Part shown: positions 27,660-42,925 of the stretch, one piece after another
Layout: each line of letters opens with the position of its first letter
Position numbering within the stretch: the stretch's first letter is position 1
Source of the DNA: Octopus vulgaris
Taxonomy: Eukaryota
DNA length: 64,000 nt
Assembly: GCA_951406725.2 (NCBI GenBank)
Contig: OX597823.1
Location: 15,066,001-15,130,000, forward strand
Direction: 5' to 3'
Program-made: the position numbers and the translations under genes
The notes under the pieces: generated by a model
What the model was told of the DNA's origin: nothing
Databases searched by the model: none
What the model saw: only the letters and a program-made list of their open reading frames with translations

Positions 27660-27890
27660 ACAAGAAGGTAAACACACAAACATCGGTTGTCAAAAGATGA
27701 TGGTAGAACAGACATACACACACACATATACGACGGTCCTTTTTTTCAGTTTCCGTCAACTAAGTCTACTTGCAAGGTTTTGTTCTGCCCGAGGCTATAG
27801 TAGAAGACATTTGCCCAAGGTGCCACGCAGTGGGACTAAACACCAAACCATGTGGTTGCGAAGCAAGCTTCTTTCACACACCCACGCGTG
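27660..27890 (-). mobile_element. SINE family B, diverged 5' part
   Basis: Family match. Confidence 0.82.
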
Positions 27891-28329
27891 TGCCTACATA
27901 TATATATATATATATATATGATAATATTTTCGACAAAAGGAAGGGTGGAGATCGATTTAAAAAAGCAATTGAAGATAAGAAAAACTATTAAAAGGAAATG
28001 AAAATAAAAGAACAATGAGTAATTTGTAAGCCACATCATACATTTTACATTTCAGAAACAAAACAGGATACGTATAATATACAGACACATCTGTCTCGGT
28101 TACTCTTTTCGCAGATGAAATGTTTCATTGTGTTATTGACTAGGTTAAGTATATGATTGTGATCTGAAAACATGTTTCCGGCTTTAGCAAATTTACTTAC
28201 ATCGAAGCAACTCCCACTTAACACTTAATCGTCAATTACACATCATTGGATTAAATTCAGTTTGTTAAATGATCTCACCTTGAATGCCGAACCGCTAAGT
28301 TATGGGGACGTGAACACACCTTGGTTGTC

Positions 28330-28386
<57 letters not shown>

Positions 28387-28416
28387 TTATGGGGACGTGA
28401 ACACACCTTGGTTGTC

Positions 28417-28515
<99 letters not shown>

Positions 28516-28542
28516 CATATATATACACACACATATATATAT

Positions 28543-30040
<1,498 letters not shown>

Positions 30041-30254
30041 TATATATATATACGATGGGCTTCTTTCAGTTTCTGTCTACCAAATCCACTCACAAGGCTT
30101 TGGTCGGCCTGAAGCTATAGTAGAAGACACTTGTCCAAGATACCACGCAGTGGGACTGAAGCCGGAACCATGTGGTTGGTAAGCAAGCTACTTACCACAC
30201 AGCCACTCCTACACCTATCACAGCCACTTGTTTGTTATTTTTATTCTTTTCTTT

Positions 30255-30778
30255 CTAATTTTGGCACAAGACTAGCAATTTTTAGGAGTGGGGTAACTCG
30301 GTTATATCCACCTCAGTACTTGGCTGGTATTCTGCTTTATCGTCTCCGAAAAGATGAAAAACAGAGTCGATATCGGCGTCATTTGAACTCAGAACGCAAT
30401 GCCGCGAAGCATTTTGTCGGTCGTATTAAAGTTTCTGCTAGCTTGCTCACTTGAACCTAAAGAAAAAATACTGGTTTGTAAATTTTCGGCACAGGACTAT
30501 CGGAGGAGAGTGTAAGTCGATTACATCGACCCCAGTGCTCAACTGGCACTTACGTTTATCGACCCCGACAGGACGAAAAGGGAAATCGACCTCGGCGGAA
30601 TTTGAACTCCGAATGTAGCAACGGGCGAGATATCGCTAAGCCTTTCGTCCAGCGCGCTAACGATTCGGCTGGAAAAATAATACTGATTTCAAATTTTAGC
30701 AAAAGGCCAGTAATTTTGCAGGAAATACCGTTAAACATTTTGCCCGTGTGCTAACGATTCTGCCAGCTCGCCGTCTTG
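30255..30778 (-). mobile_element. Cluster of three SINE-C copies or fragments
   Basis: Repeated family core and heads. Confidence 0.78.
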
Positions 30779-30792
30779 AACATATTGAATAT

Positions 30793-30793
30793 G

Positions 30794-30871
<78 letters not shown>

Positions 30872-30873
30872 TA
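30793..30873. repeat. (TAA)n microsatellite
   Basis: Directly visible. Confidence 0.96.
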
Positions 30874-31489
30874 AGCTTGCACTGAATAACAACAGAAAAA
30901 GAAGCCCGTACTGAATAACAACATGGATGGACTAAACCGGGCTCTCCATTCAAAAACAAATCTAATCCAATAACATCGGTGGAATTGGATAAAGGAACCT
31001 GGGGAAAACTTGAAGGAAGCGACCTTGTAACGAAGATACTAAGAAAAAAAAACGAAATTTTACTGCAATACAAAGTACAGCTTCTCCTACGCACGGGGTC
31101 TCAATGAAACGTGCGAAACACACGTGCGATATCAACCCCGGAAAGTTTACATAGAATAAAATAGAAACGGAACAAAATAAAAAAAATAGTGAGTACATAA
31201 ATTGAGTAATTACGCATACACTCGAATGTCTACACAATCATATATACACTCTGATACCCATAGGACTACACATACATCCCAAAGTTGAACACACTAAGTG
31301 AAATTTACAGGACACACACTCACGCACATGAAAAAACGTGTCATAGACCAAGCAAAAACAAAATCAAAACTTTCTTTGTTTTTCTTTCATATTTTATTCT
31401 CATATTTCGAACTACCACAGACAAAGTGAACCTTTCATATGGGTAAAAAAACACCACAAAAAAACTAGGCGATCCTTCGTTATAGGTAC

Positions 31490-31650
31490 ACACGTGACTT
31501 TGTTTACATTTCTGAAGATAAGAGAAACCCTTTTCCGCCACACCTAACCCTAACCCTAACCCAAACCCTAACAAACCATATATAAATAAAACACTTTCTT
31601 GAAATGTATCCGGTACTTCCGGTACCTACACCGGTACTTATTTCGAAGTT
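31490..31650. repeat. Fragment with internal (CCCTAA)n related to the MITE at 35030-35440
   Basis: tttacatttctgaagataagagaaaccc...cctaaccctaacc matches the reverse complement of 35130-35185. Confidence 0.6.
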
Positions 31651-31799
31651 ACGCCAAAAACTATGTCCGAAGGTAAACCTAAATAAATTTTAAAAATGCA
31701 GACGAATACAGATCTGCCAGCCTTAAGAAATTACGCTACGAACGATATTTACATGCAGAGGCGGTGTCGTCGCAAAAACTTAACCCTAAACTGACAGAT

Positions 31800-34718
31800 C
31801 CGACTCCTAATGTAAGAACCGAAGCTCGTCATGCCTCAATGTCAACAAAACAAATTACAAACCGCAATGGTCATCGATCGGTTTAGAAAAGATCACAAAT
31901 CAGAATATTGAACCAAATTCTGATTGAAAAATCAGCTACTGGTTCAAATCTTCCCGACACACAAGAGCTAGACGTACCCCACAGCCGGAATATTCCAACA
32001 GATGGCCACCCATGCCCGTCACCAAATAACCAAAAGAAAAAGAATGAAAAATGGTCTAGGGAAGATAATAAGGAAGTTCTTACGGCCTTCTACCATGCCA
32101 TATATTTCCCAACAGATAAATCTAACATTGTACAAACCTACATAAACTGGAGACAGAAACACCCTAAAGTAAGACCCTACATAGACAGTAACAAACTTAC
32201 CAACGTCAGAAGAAACATTATAAAAGAATTACTGACTGAAGTAGAGATTGACCAAATCAAACAAGCAGTAACGGATAAAAACAACGAAGCTGCAGCTAAA
32301 GAAGATAATACAGAGGGAATAATTATAGACCAGCCCAGGGCTGATAAAAATGCAGTAAGGATTGAAAGAGTTAGTATAACTGATAGGCAAAGTGAAATAC
32401 TCACTGAACCAATCATAAACACTAAAGACAGATGAACATCAAACAGAAGGAGAACGTCACACAAATATTTGCCCAACTGAACTACATGAGCTAAAGAATC
32501 AAATCATGATTGAATGGCTGAAAATTAAAGAAACCAGTATGGGTGAACGTGATACACTCCCCAGAATCCGCAACTCTAACCAAAACATGAAAATAATTGG
32601 TAAAATCCGCCTTGCACTTAAGGATATAATTTCAGCTAATGATGTTAATATCACAGATCTCAACCACCTGTACTATGCATCCGCGAAAATCTCAACGATT
32701 CTATGTGGTGAAAAGATTAGAAAACGGCAACATTCCCACAAAAAGCCTTCTTAGCAAGAGCATATCCAACATCAAATTAATCTACTTAGGTCTGACATTG
32801 AATGTTTGAAAAACCTTAAGGTAGACAAGACTACCAAACCTACAGAAACCCAAAAATTAAAGAAAAAATATAATATGAAAACTATACTTGATATTGATGC
32901 CACCATAGAAACTATCAAGCAAAAGTGTCTGCTAAAGCTGCCCGCATAGCGAGGTATGAAAAGCGTGTTATATTCTTCAAGGACAACAACATGTTCAAAA
33001 ATAACCCCAAAACTTTTTACAGGAAGATAGGGAAAACACCAGTTACTGTAAAGTCTGTACCATCAAAAGAAGAAGTGCAGGGTTTTTGGAATAAAATTTG
33101 GGCAGAAGAAAAAACACACAACGAAAAGGCCCCTTGGATTGAAAGAATAGCTACGTACTTGTACTCCTTAGAGGAGCAAAAGTGGGAGGGTGTCAAGGTA
33201 GAAGGTGTAAGATCTGCTCTCAGGAGTTCAAGCAAATGGAAGTCTCCAGGAAAGGATAAAATTCCTAACTTCTGGTTGAATGCCTTCCCAGAGAGCCATG
33301 AACTGCTAACAGAACTTTGCAATAATGTTTTGCAACACCCTAGTAGGATGCCTGCTTGGTTAGTTAATGGTTTAACATTCCTGCTCCCCAAAAGGGAAGA
33401 AACAAATGAGCCAAAAAAACTATAGACCCATAACCTGCTTAACAACTATGTATAAAACGCTAGCATCTGTCCTGACGGAATATACCTATAGTTTTTTAAC
33501 AGACAGCAGCATATTCCCTAATGAACAGAAAGGATGTAAACGTGGATCCTATGGTTGTAAAGATCAGCTACTCATCAATAAGATGATCTTAGAAGATTGT
33601 CACAATCGACACAAAAACTTATCAATAGCCTGGATAGACCATAAAAAGGCTTTTGATAGCCTACCACATAGCTTGATTAAGAAATGCCTGGAAATGTATA
33701 AAATAGCGCCTACTCTGCGAAACCCTTTGTCTGTAAGTATGAGATCATGGAGAACCACACTAACTTTGAACAGTAACGATGAATCTCTAAATGCTGGTGA
33801 TGTAAAAATTTCATGTGGCATTTTCCAAGGTGACTCACTATTACCACTCTCTCAAAATTGCTCAATGACGCACAGTTCGGATATAAAATGTTGGATAAAA
33901 ATATAAATCATCTCATTTATATGGATGATTTAAAGCTCTTTGCAAAAAATGACCAACAGCTCAAGGGCTTACTAACGATTGTTAAACAATTCAGTGATCA
34001 CATCAGAATGCAATTTGGCCTCGATAAATGTGCAAAAGCTAAATTTATCAAAGGAAAAATGACAGAAACATCTAACATTTACCTCGACCAGCAGAATGTC
34101 ATAAAAGAGTTAGACCAAGCAGAGAGCTACAAGTACCTAGTGGTAATTGAAGGGGATGGAATAAGGCATTCAGTGATGAAGGAAAGGATCAGGAGAGAAT
34201 GTTATCGCAGAGTAAAAGCAATACTCAAGACAGAGCTGAATGCGAGAAACAGGATCGAAGCGATCAATGCATTAGCCATACCAGTCGTGACTTACAGTTT
34301 CAATATCGTTAACTGATCAATTACTGAAATATGTAATGTTGACAGAAAAATACGAAAACTGTTGACAATGCATAGAATGCACCACCCTAAGGCAGATACA
34401 GAACGACTTTATCTGCCAAGAAAAGAGGGAGGCCGTGGACTTTTACAACTGGCAATAACAATGAAGATTGCTACAATTGGCCTAGACATCTACCTGAAAA
34501 ACTCTGGGGACTGGATGTTAAAACTGGTCTCAAAACATGAAAACAAGAAAGCATTATACTCAGTAACAAAACAGGCAAAGGAATATCTAAGTGAATTCCG
34601 AATACAACAAATTTCGGACTTAGACATACAAGAAACAAGCACAGAAAAAGCTAAGCGCATGAAAACCCGTGCTAAAACTGTTGCCTTAGATATTCTGAAT
34701 GATAAATGGCAAGAAAAA
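31800..34718 (+). mobile_element. R4/Dong-clade non-LTR retrotransposon, frameshifted and 3'-truncated
   Basis: KWSREDNKEVL; WKSPGKDKIPNFWL; YRPITCL; EQKGC; IDHKKAFDS; GIFQGDSL; HLIYMDDLKL; FGLDKC; RLYLPRKEGGRGL; stops at WQEK before the endonuclease. Confidence 0.9.
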
Positions 34719-35029
34719 GGGCAATTAGGCATATCTTATATTATGTATCGTTAAGTATTGAATAGGGTGATGTATTTTTTTTCTCAGGGATATTTTGCAG
34801 CTGCATCTAACAGGTTGAACAAGTTATATTCTTGAAACCACAGTTTAATTCAAATACGGTACAATTTTTGCCAAGCATTAGGAAGGCCTGACCAATTCTT
34901 TGTTAACGTATTGGGAGGATTTCAAAAATCCCCTTAATTGATTCCGATTGCATATGCAACAGAATGACGGGTGATTACATATTTGATGTCACCGAGGTGA
35001 ACCACTTAAAAGCAATGATTAGATATTTC

Positions 35030-35440
35030 GGATCTTTTCGGTTTGAACGGCAGTTTTTTCTAGCGGTGTCATATGAAATTGTCACCCATAATTATGACTC
35101 TAGTATCGATCTATTGCATTTCAATCTGTGTTAGGGATAGTTAGGGTTAGGGTTAGGGTATCTTTTTTCTTCACAAATGTAAATAAACCCAATCTGTTTC
35201 TTAAACGAGGGACATATTCATACGGCACAGAATGTTTTTTTACCTCAATGGACGTCATCGATTGGTTGAAATTGCAGAAATTGAAGAAAAAAAACAAGTA
35301 TCTTACAAACTATAGAATTTTCTCAATAAAGCCAAGAGAAAAAGATGTTTTATAAACACATTCTACCAGTATACGAAGTTTAAAATTTCTTAGTTACCTA
35401 GAAATTATATTAAAAACTGCCGTTCAAACCGAAAAGATTC
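35030..35440. mobile_element. MITE with ~29-bp TIRs, 8-bp TSD and internal TTAGGG repeats (Merlin-like)
   Basis: ggatcttttcggtttgaacggcagttttt / aaaaactgccgttcaaaccgaaaagattc; TSD gatatttc at 35022-35029 and 35441-35448. Confidence 0.9.
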
Positions 35441-35757
35441 GATATTTCTTACAATCTCCAACAACAAACTATTCTTAACAGACTTCTTTTCTTCTTTGTA
35501 TTCTTGTTGTTTTTTTAACGATAGAAGGCGATAGTCCAGAGTGTTCTGGCATTCACTGAAGTCTTGTTTGTCGACCTTGGTTTCGCCAATATAAAAGCGT
35601 AATTTAGAGGTAGAGCACAAATAGAACACAACCTAAATTTATCAAATCTCCTTCATGAATAATCTAAATATTACTTTTTAAATAGATTCCTCGTCGTCGA
35701 TTATAAATATATATATATATATAAACACACACACATACATACACACGCACACATGTG

Positions 35758-35843
<86 letters not shown>

Positions 35844-35852
35844 CATACACAC

Positions 35853-36420
35853 AAAGTACTACCGCACTTTACGAGGACTCACTTTACGAGAACCCAAGTT
35901 TCTGAGTTTTATTTTATTATAAGTTTTTGAAGCACAAGATCCAAATTTTGAATAATGAGCAAAAGTTATTACTTCTACAACAAATGCTTCAGCGTGTAAT
36001 GAGAAATTTATAGAGAGCGAGAAAAAATGATTTTAAGCAAACAACTCTAGACTTGCTTTTCAAAAAGAAATCTACAAGTTCGTCTACGGGTACTTGTGAA
36101 TCGGTGATCGCCTCTACAAGTGATGGCGTGTGCGAGTTTAGTGCGAGTGAAAGTGTTTCAGAAAACGACAATAATAATTAAAATATTGTATATTATAAAT
36201 GATCTTGACATTTTTTTTACTTTACATAAAATATTCCTTACATTCTACTGCTGTTTTATTGCCATTTATTTACAAGTAATATACATTTTATAGGTAAAAA
36301 TACTTTTCTAGGAACGAATTATGATTTATATGGGTAATTATTGCTCTGCTTTACGAGTTTTCGCCTGACAAGCTGTGTCTAGGAACAAATAATGAACTCG
36401 TATGTCGAGGTGTTACTCTG
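35853..36420 (+). mobile_element. Tigger/pogo-like non-autonomous element
   Basis: Degenerate TIRs with repeated tttacgag motifs; C-terminal remnant KQTTLDLLFKK. Confidence 0.62.
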
Positions 36421-36544
36421 TGTGTATGTGTTTGTGTACTCTGATGGATGAGACTAAAGGAAAAGGGGGAACTTCAAAATATAATGTTCCAGCAAAAAAT
36501 AGCTGAAAACAGAAGTGAGAATAGAAACAATTCTTCGATAAAAC

Positions 36545-36935
36545 CGACTTTAGAAATACTCCTGAAATTTGGTGGAGGAGAGTGGTCGATTTCATCGATC
36601 TCAGTGATTAGCTAGTATTTAATTTATCGACCCTGAATGGATGAAAGACAAAGTCGACCTCGACGGAATTTGGACTCAGAACGTAGCGACGGACGAAATA
36701 CCTAGTTCTTTACTACCCACAAGGGGCTAAACACAGAGAGGACAAACAAGGACAGACAAAAGGATTAAGTCGATTATATCGACACAAGTGCATAACTGAT
36801 ACGTTATTTATCGACCCCGAAAGAATGAAAGGCAAAGTCGACCTCAGCGGAATTTGAACTCAGAACGTAACGGCAGACGAAATACGGCTACGCATTTCGC
36901 CCGGCGTGCTAACGTTTCTGCCAGCTCGCCGCCTT
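36545..36935 (-). mobile_element. SINE-C dimer (C-T unit joined into an ordinary-tail unit)
   Basis: Junction ...aagaacta|ggtatttcgtc at 36702/36703; single head at 36900-36935. Confidence 0.9.
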
Positions 36936-37341
36936 TTCCGACTTTAGAAATGATGATAGGAAAAAAAATATATATATATATAACCAGAACACACATTCTT
37001 TCAAGCATACAAAATATTTGGTGCAGAGGGAGGGGCTAAGATATAGCAATAAAAGTTATATTTATGTCTCATTGGATAATGTAAAAAAATAAGATTAATT
37101 GGTTATGGTAGTAGATGTTACTCTCTCGTTTCGTTTATTTTTGTCGGCAGGTGGATACAAGAAAACTGATTTAGTGAAGCTAAAATTAGACGTACCATTT
37201 CTGTTTTGAGTTAAATATTTGTCAGGTAACATTGGTCTTCATACTGGAACTTGTCCTGTCTTGTAAGTCCGGTAGTATTTTCGAATAGAAAGATGATCAT
37301 TTCTGTTTGTTTGTTTTTTTTTAGTTAAGTTTGGACATTAG

Positions 37342-37379
37342 GTGATGATGATAAAGAAGATGATGATGAAGATGATGAA

Positions 37380-37459
<80 letters not shown>

Positions 37460-37480
37460 GGAGGAGGAGGAGGAGGAGGA
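37342..37480. repeat. (GAT)n(GAG)n microsatellite
   Basis: Directly visible. Confidence 0.96.
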
Positions 37481-37875
37481 TCCTTTCGACTATAGGAGCA
37501 AGGTCTGACATTATAGGGGGCGCATTAGTCCATTACATCGAGCTCAATGCTCAACTGCTACATATGTTAATAATCCCAAATGGATGAACAGTAAAGTCCG
37601 ACCTAGGCGGAATTTTGAACTCCAGGATGGACAAAAGGTCGCTGAGCATTTTATCCAGTTCATAACGATTATATCATATTGCCACCCTAATAATAATCCT
37701 TTCTACTTCAGATACAAGGCCTGAAAGTTTGGGGGAGGGTATAGTCAGTTACATCGAACCAGTACTTAATCTATCGACCCCAAACGGATGAAAGACAATG
37801 TCGCCCTCGACGGATTTTGAACTCAGAACATACAGACGAAATTCCGCTAAGCATTTCTGCTAGTTTGCCGCCTTA
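37481..37875 (-). mobile_element. Two diverged SINE-C copies
   Basis: Family core, twice. Confidence 0.75.
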
Positions 37876-38231
37876 GTAATAATAATAATTATTATTTCAT
37901 TTATCAGCCACTAGGGCCGGCATATAGGGGACAATACAGTATATATGGACAGTGGGGATTTTACGCAGAGAAACAACGAGTGCTCAAAACAATAACAATG
38001 ATATCCAGCAAAAGATTCTGCCAGCTCGCCGCCTTAATAAGTATATTAATAATAAAGGATTTTGAGATTGGTAGTTGAATGTTGAATATCTCTCACGATA
38101 AGTAACATCTAAGCTTATAATATGCAGAAAGAGACCCTGTGAGTCCCCTCACAGCAGGCTACTGTGCACACAGGATCTACCAAAACAAACATGACCAAAC
38201 TTTCTGAGAAGTAAAACAATAGTTATAATAA

Positions 38232-40740
38232 TTCTTTCTTTATTCAGTACTAAGGGTTCACAAAGAGTAAAAAAAAGTTGAAGGTGCCGGACAATACAAT
38301 GCGGAGCTACATTAAGAAGCATGGAATTACATTAAGAAGCATGGAACGAAAATAATATATATTCTAATGATGAATAATTTCCCAAATGAGAGAGACTACT
38401 TTACAGGGGCAGATTTAGAATAGGCTCATTCAATCGGGCCATACTTGTCACATTGACCCACCTTTCAACAAAATTGCTGGGAGGAAGCACTTTCTCCTTC
38501 ATACTCACATTTCTTTTTCAAATGACGTTGAAAAAGTTGATGAGGAGAAAAACATGTCTTCAGCTTTTTCAATCTGGTCCACCACACAACCTCTCTCGCT
38601 AAGGCTACCAGATATATAAATACAGCCTGCCATTCCCTAACATAGAAATGTAGCTCGGCGTTCTTCACAATGGGTTCGTCCTACACGCGAGAGCAGGTGT
38701 TCGACATAAACCATCGAGTTAGCAACGCTCGGACTCTGGAAGAGAGCGTGCAGAAAAGTTTCGTCGCTCGTTGCGGATGTTGGACAATCCCGACTAATGC
38801 TACTTGCATGCCTGTAGACTTTATCCCGAACAGGCAATGTCACTCCTGTAGCACTGCCAAGTGAAGGATTTCTGGAAATTGTCCTTGGGCCCTGGCCATA
38901 AAGTCCTCCGGATCAGATGAGCCAATTAATTCTCATCGACACCCCGAGTTTCATCGAAGACGTCACCACATTTGACCGCCGCTAGTTCTCGATAAAACGC
39001 TAAAGTGGTATTCCACCTACTGTATTGCCTAACCGACAGAGGACTGTGAGCACCTGACGACACTGTAGGCGTCAGATGCCCTGCCTAGGTCTACGCTTGA
39101 TTCTGGATTGCAGCTTAGTGAAAAGGAGGAGCTGCGGAAAAGCGAGTCTGACAAACAGCGACTGCACCTGCACACTATCAAGAAAGCGTTGGAAATGTCG
39201 CAACCTCAGCACATGTCTGCGCATCATTAGCCATGGCATGCTCAGTCCTTCATTCGACGGGTGTTGACAACAAATGGAGCGCCTAAAGACTCCCTTCCAT
39301 ATAAAGTGGAAGAATATTCTCTTCAATTTGGTCAGACGTAAACTAGGGCAAGACACGACGGTCAAGTGGTGCATGAATTTGCCACCTCTACCCGACCTTT
39401 CAGAGACGTTTTCTCTCGGCCCATTTCTAGGTGAAATTAGCCACCCAGCTCGTCACTTTGTCCCATTTTTTCTCCTGGAGATCTGGACCAAACCTGACCC
39501 CAAGTAATTTATTCGGTCCTTTCGTCCAGCATCATTGACCTGCCTCTCTAGGTGCCGAACTGCAGGCTCACTGACTTTTTTGGTTAGTTTTTACTCCTGT
39601 CATCGCCTCGAATTCTCCGAGAGCAATGCCGATTAGGTCTATGTGCCTGGTGTGCAACACTATAATGTTTACTTCGTTTATGTATGTCAATACAGCTTAC
39701 CCACGCCTTAGCTCGCGTAGGATGTCTCTCAACGTATCCAGTTTCCGAAGTAGTGGCTCTCTAGAGCCAGTACATTAAAAAAAAGACGAGAGGGGACAGC
39801 GTTGATGGACCGAACACATGATGCTGAATAGTTCCGATTGGTAACCATTCACCCGAACTAGCGAACAGATATCGCTCTACATTGCTGCAATCCAGCCATG
39901 GAGAACGGGACCGAAACAAGCCGCCGTAAGAACGACCGCCACTTTCTCACTTTCAGCATTGCTGTTGAGTGTTTTATCGCTTCTGCTATTGGATATCTCA
40001 CCTCTACCATACCATAATTTCTTCTCCTAGCAACGTAACTCTTAATACTCCAGACTTGTTTTAGATATTTTTCTATCTTTATGTATCGCCTGCTCATTTA
40101 TTTATTTATTCTTTTTTTTTTTCCATACTAATTGTTCTAAAAGTAACCATTTTGAAATTTGCTTCCTGTTGGACGAAAAACGGGATAGCTAAATTTATAT
40201 CTTCCTTGTGTCATCAACGTGTGTTTTTCCTGTTTTAACTCGTCGGCTAGGATGATAATTTTTCTTGCATTCGGCGGGCAATGTTAGCGAAGGCAGCGAC
40301 GGGTAAGTTCTCTATTGTGTTTCTTTTTTATTGTGCGTGTGTGGTAACAACGGCAGAGGTGTAAATTGTTGGCGTGTTGGCCATGGTCGGACAGTTTAAA
40401 ATTTTGTTCATGTCGTTTCCATGTTTGTTATGACTTCCGCAGATGTTGTTGTCGATATCATGCACTTTCTTATTTATCAAGTTGTTGCTTTTGTTGGTTT
40501 TGTTGTTGTTGATGTTGCTGTTATTTCGCTTGGTACTGGCTGTAGGACTGGTGGTGCTGCTGATTTGAGACATTTTCCGCTCCTTTTTCCTTCATCTCGG
40601 CGTTTGTCGAAAAATTCCAGATCATGATTTGTGACCTCAAAGAGCTGAAATAGAGTGAAACTAAGTTCACAAATGATTGCTTGTTTACTTGTTAAAACCG
40701 ACATGGGACAGCAAAATATAAGATTAATCTTTTCGAAACA
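38232..40740 (-). mobile_element. Second internally deleted, decayed Tx1/L1-group retrotransposon
   Basis: ORF1 remnant IEKYLKQVWSIKSYVARRRNYG (homologous to IEKELAEYLPAIKYIARGAKFS at 25.8 kb) joined to RT LVRVNGYQSELF..SVHQRCPLS; then FHFIWKG..CCQHPSNEGLSMP and LPVRDKVYRH..DCP....ETFLHALFQ. Confidence 0.78.
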
Positions 40741-40804
40741 ACCCCAATTTTTTTTTTAATGTTTGCTGAGCGTCTTCTCTTTTCAAGTATTAATATAATA
40801 ATAA

Positions 40805-41020
40805 TAAGCCTTTCTACTAAAGGCGCAAGATCTGAAATTTCGTTGGAGGAGACTAGTCGATTACACCGATCCCTGTGTTTCACTGGCACTTATTTTACCG
40901 ACCCCCAAAAAAATTTGAAAGGCAAAGTCGACCTCGGCGGAATTCGAATTCAGAATGTAAAGAGGGACGAAGTGCCGCTGAGGATTTTGTCCGATGTACT
41001 TACAATTCTGTTAGCTCGCC
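40805..41020 (-). mobile_element. SINE family C
   Basis: Family core. Confidence 0.82.
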
Positions 41021-41712
41021 CAGAATGGAAAGAGATTGGCAAGGATTTACAAAACCAAATTACGATTCAATTGGCGTTTGCCTAAGAATGAAAAAAAAAA
41101 ACATGAAGACAAAAAAAAAAGAAGAAAAGGAAATGAAATGAGACCTTTCAGAAAGTTTACCTCCGAATATACAAGCACATATTCAAATAAATCTTATACT
41201 CGCAATGTATGTTCATTATTTGCATCCAAAAAATGAGCTCATTTAACTGGGGTGGGATATAAAGCTTCCCTTGAAAGAGTGAGAAAAACCAGATCTCAAT
41301 TCCCTCTGTCGTACCCATCACACTTTCACTTTCATTTTGGGGGATCATACAGAGGAAGACTATATGTCACTCCTTGCCAAAAAAGAGAGAAGTAAGGTAT
41401 CTTCACGATGATGTTGGTTGGCAATTGGATCCATCGCACATATTAGAACAAGATTTCAACGTTGTTGCTCAAGTGTGCAATGTTTAAATCGTGACGAATT
41501 TCCGCTACACGGTTTCATCGATTTCTGCAATACTGGAGAAACTATGACAATGTGTATGACTTCCATACTGCAATTTACAGATTTTTGAATCCACAAGGAT
41601 GTACAAATTATCAAAACAAAACTGTGGGATTTATGAAAAGTGGCATGCCAAAATGCAAGACAAATATAGTGCTAAATCAAAGGCCAGATATTCTACAATC
41701 TGGCACAATTCA
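41020..41712 (+). repeat. Unclassified ~700-bp sequence with an inverted diverged copy at 46105-46277 + 48384-48950
   Basis: Shared blocks such as gagattggca.ggatt.acaaaacc.aattacgattcaatt, catacagaggaagactatatgtcactccttgccaaaaaa and tattctacaatct.gca.aattc. Confidence 0.82.
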
Positions 41713-42009
41713 AAGTGTTGTATACTGGGCTGTGCAATCATATTTATCACGTCGAGTGACCAATTCTCTTTATAGACAATGTGGGAAAAATCCCGTTGGG
41801 ATGTGAATGACGTCATCCAAACGTAGGACGAATGCGTTGGATTGTCGTTGCTTGTTGTCAGTCATAGATACCGAGTCGTCCTTCAGAGCCACCGAAACAT
41901 GTTGTTCTTATGTTAAAACCTTGCTACATGTGCTATTGTGCGCAAAGATTTTAAAAGCTGAAATTAATTAGAGACGCACAACGCAGTATTGAATGAAATA
42001 TAGCTAAAC

Positions 42010-42283
42010 TTTTATCTTTTACTTGTTTCAGTCATTAGACTGCGACCATGCTGGAGCACAGCATTGAAGACTGTTTTTTGCAGAATGAATCGAAAACAGT
42101 ACTTAATCTTTTAAAGTCTGGTACTTATTCTAACGGTTTGATTTGCCGCACCGCTAACTTACGGGGTCACAAACACACAAACACCAGTTGTCAATCAGTG
42201 GTGAGGGGACAAATGCAGTCACACACACACAAATACACAGAGACAAAAACACACACAGACACACACGCGCACACACACACGAA

Positions 42284-42316
<33 letters not shown>

Positions 42317-42700
42317 ACACACACAAATACACAGAGACAAAAACACACTCGCACACACACACGAACACGAACCTACAAGCACACATGCACAAACACACAC
42401 CCGCACGCACATGTGCACACACAAATACGCACAAGCACACACACACACACAAACACACGCACATACACATAGACACACAGACACATTCACACACAAATCT
42501 CCACCGTGCTAAATTGCAGCCTACTGGTGAACAATTAAAGGATATACATTCAGTATGTGTGCTCAATAATGTTTATAACACTAGCACTGCTTCTAATTCA
42601 TATTTGAATATATACATACATACATACATACATACACACAAACAAAAACACACACAAGCACACACACACATATATCTGTGCGTGCATGTGTGTGTATGTA

Positions 42701-42790
<90 letters not shown>

Positions 42791-42925
42791 ACGGCTTTCT
42801 TTTCAGCTTCTGCCTACCAAATCCATTGACAAGGCTTTGGTCGGCCCAAAGTGCCACGGACTGGGATTGAACCCGGATCCATGTGGTTGGAAGCAAACTT
42901 CTTGCCACGCAGGTATGCCTGCGCC
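42010..42925 (-). mobile_element. Diverged SINE-B with expanded CA-rich centre
   Basis: Tail at 42010-42215 and head at 42790-42925. Confidence 0.75.

Noticed and set aside
31543-31572. Telomeric repeats as a relic chromosome end or fusion site
   Set aside because: Only about five units, embedded in sequence homologous to the MITE at 35030-35440.
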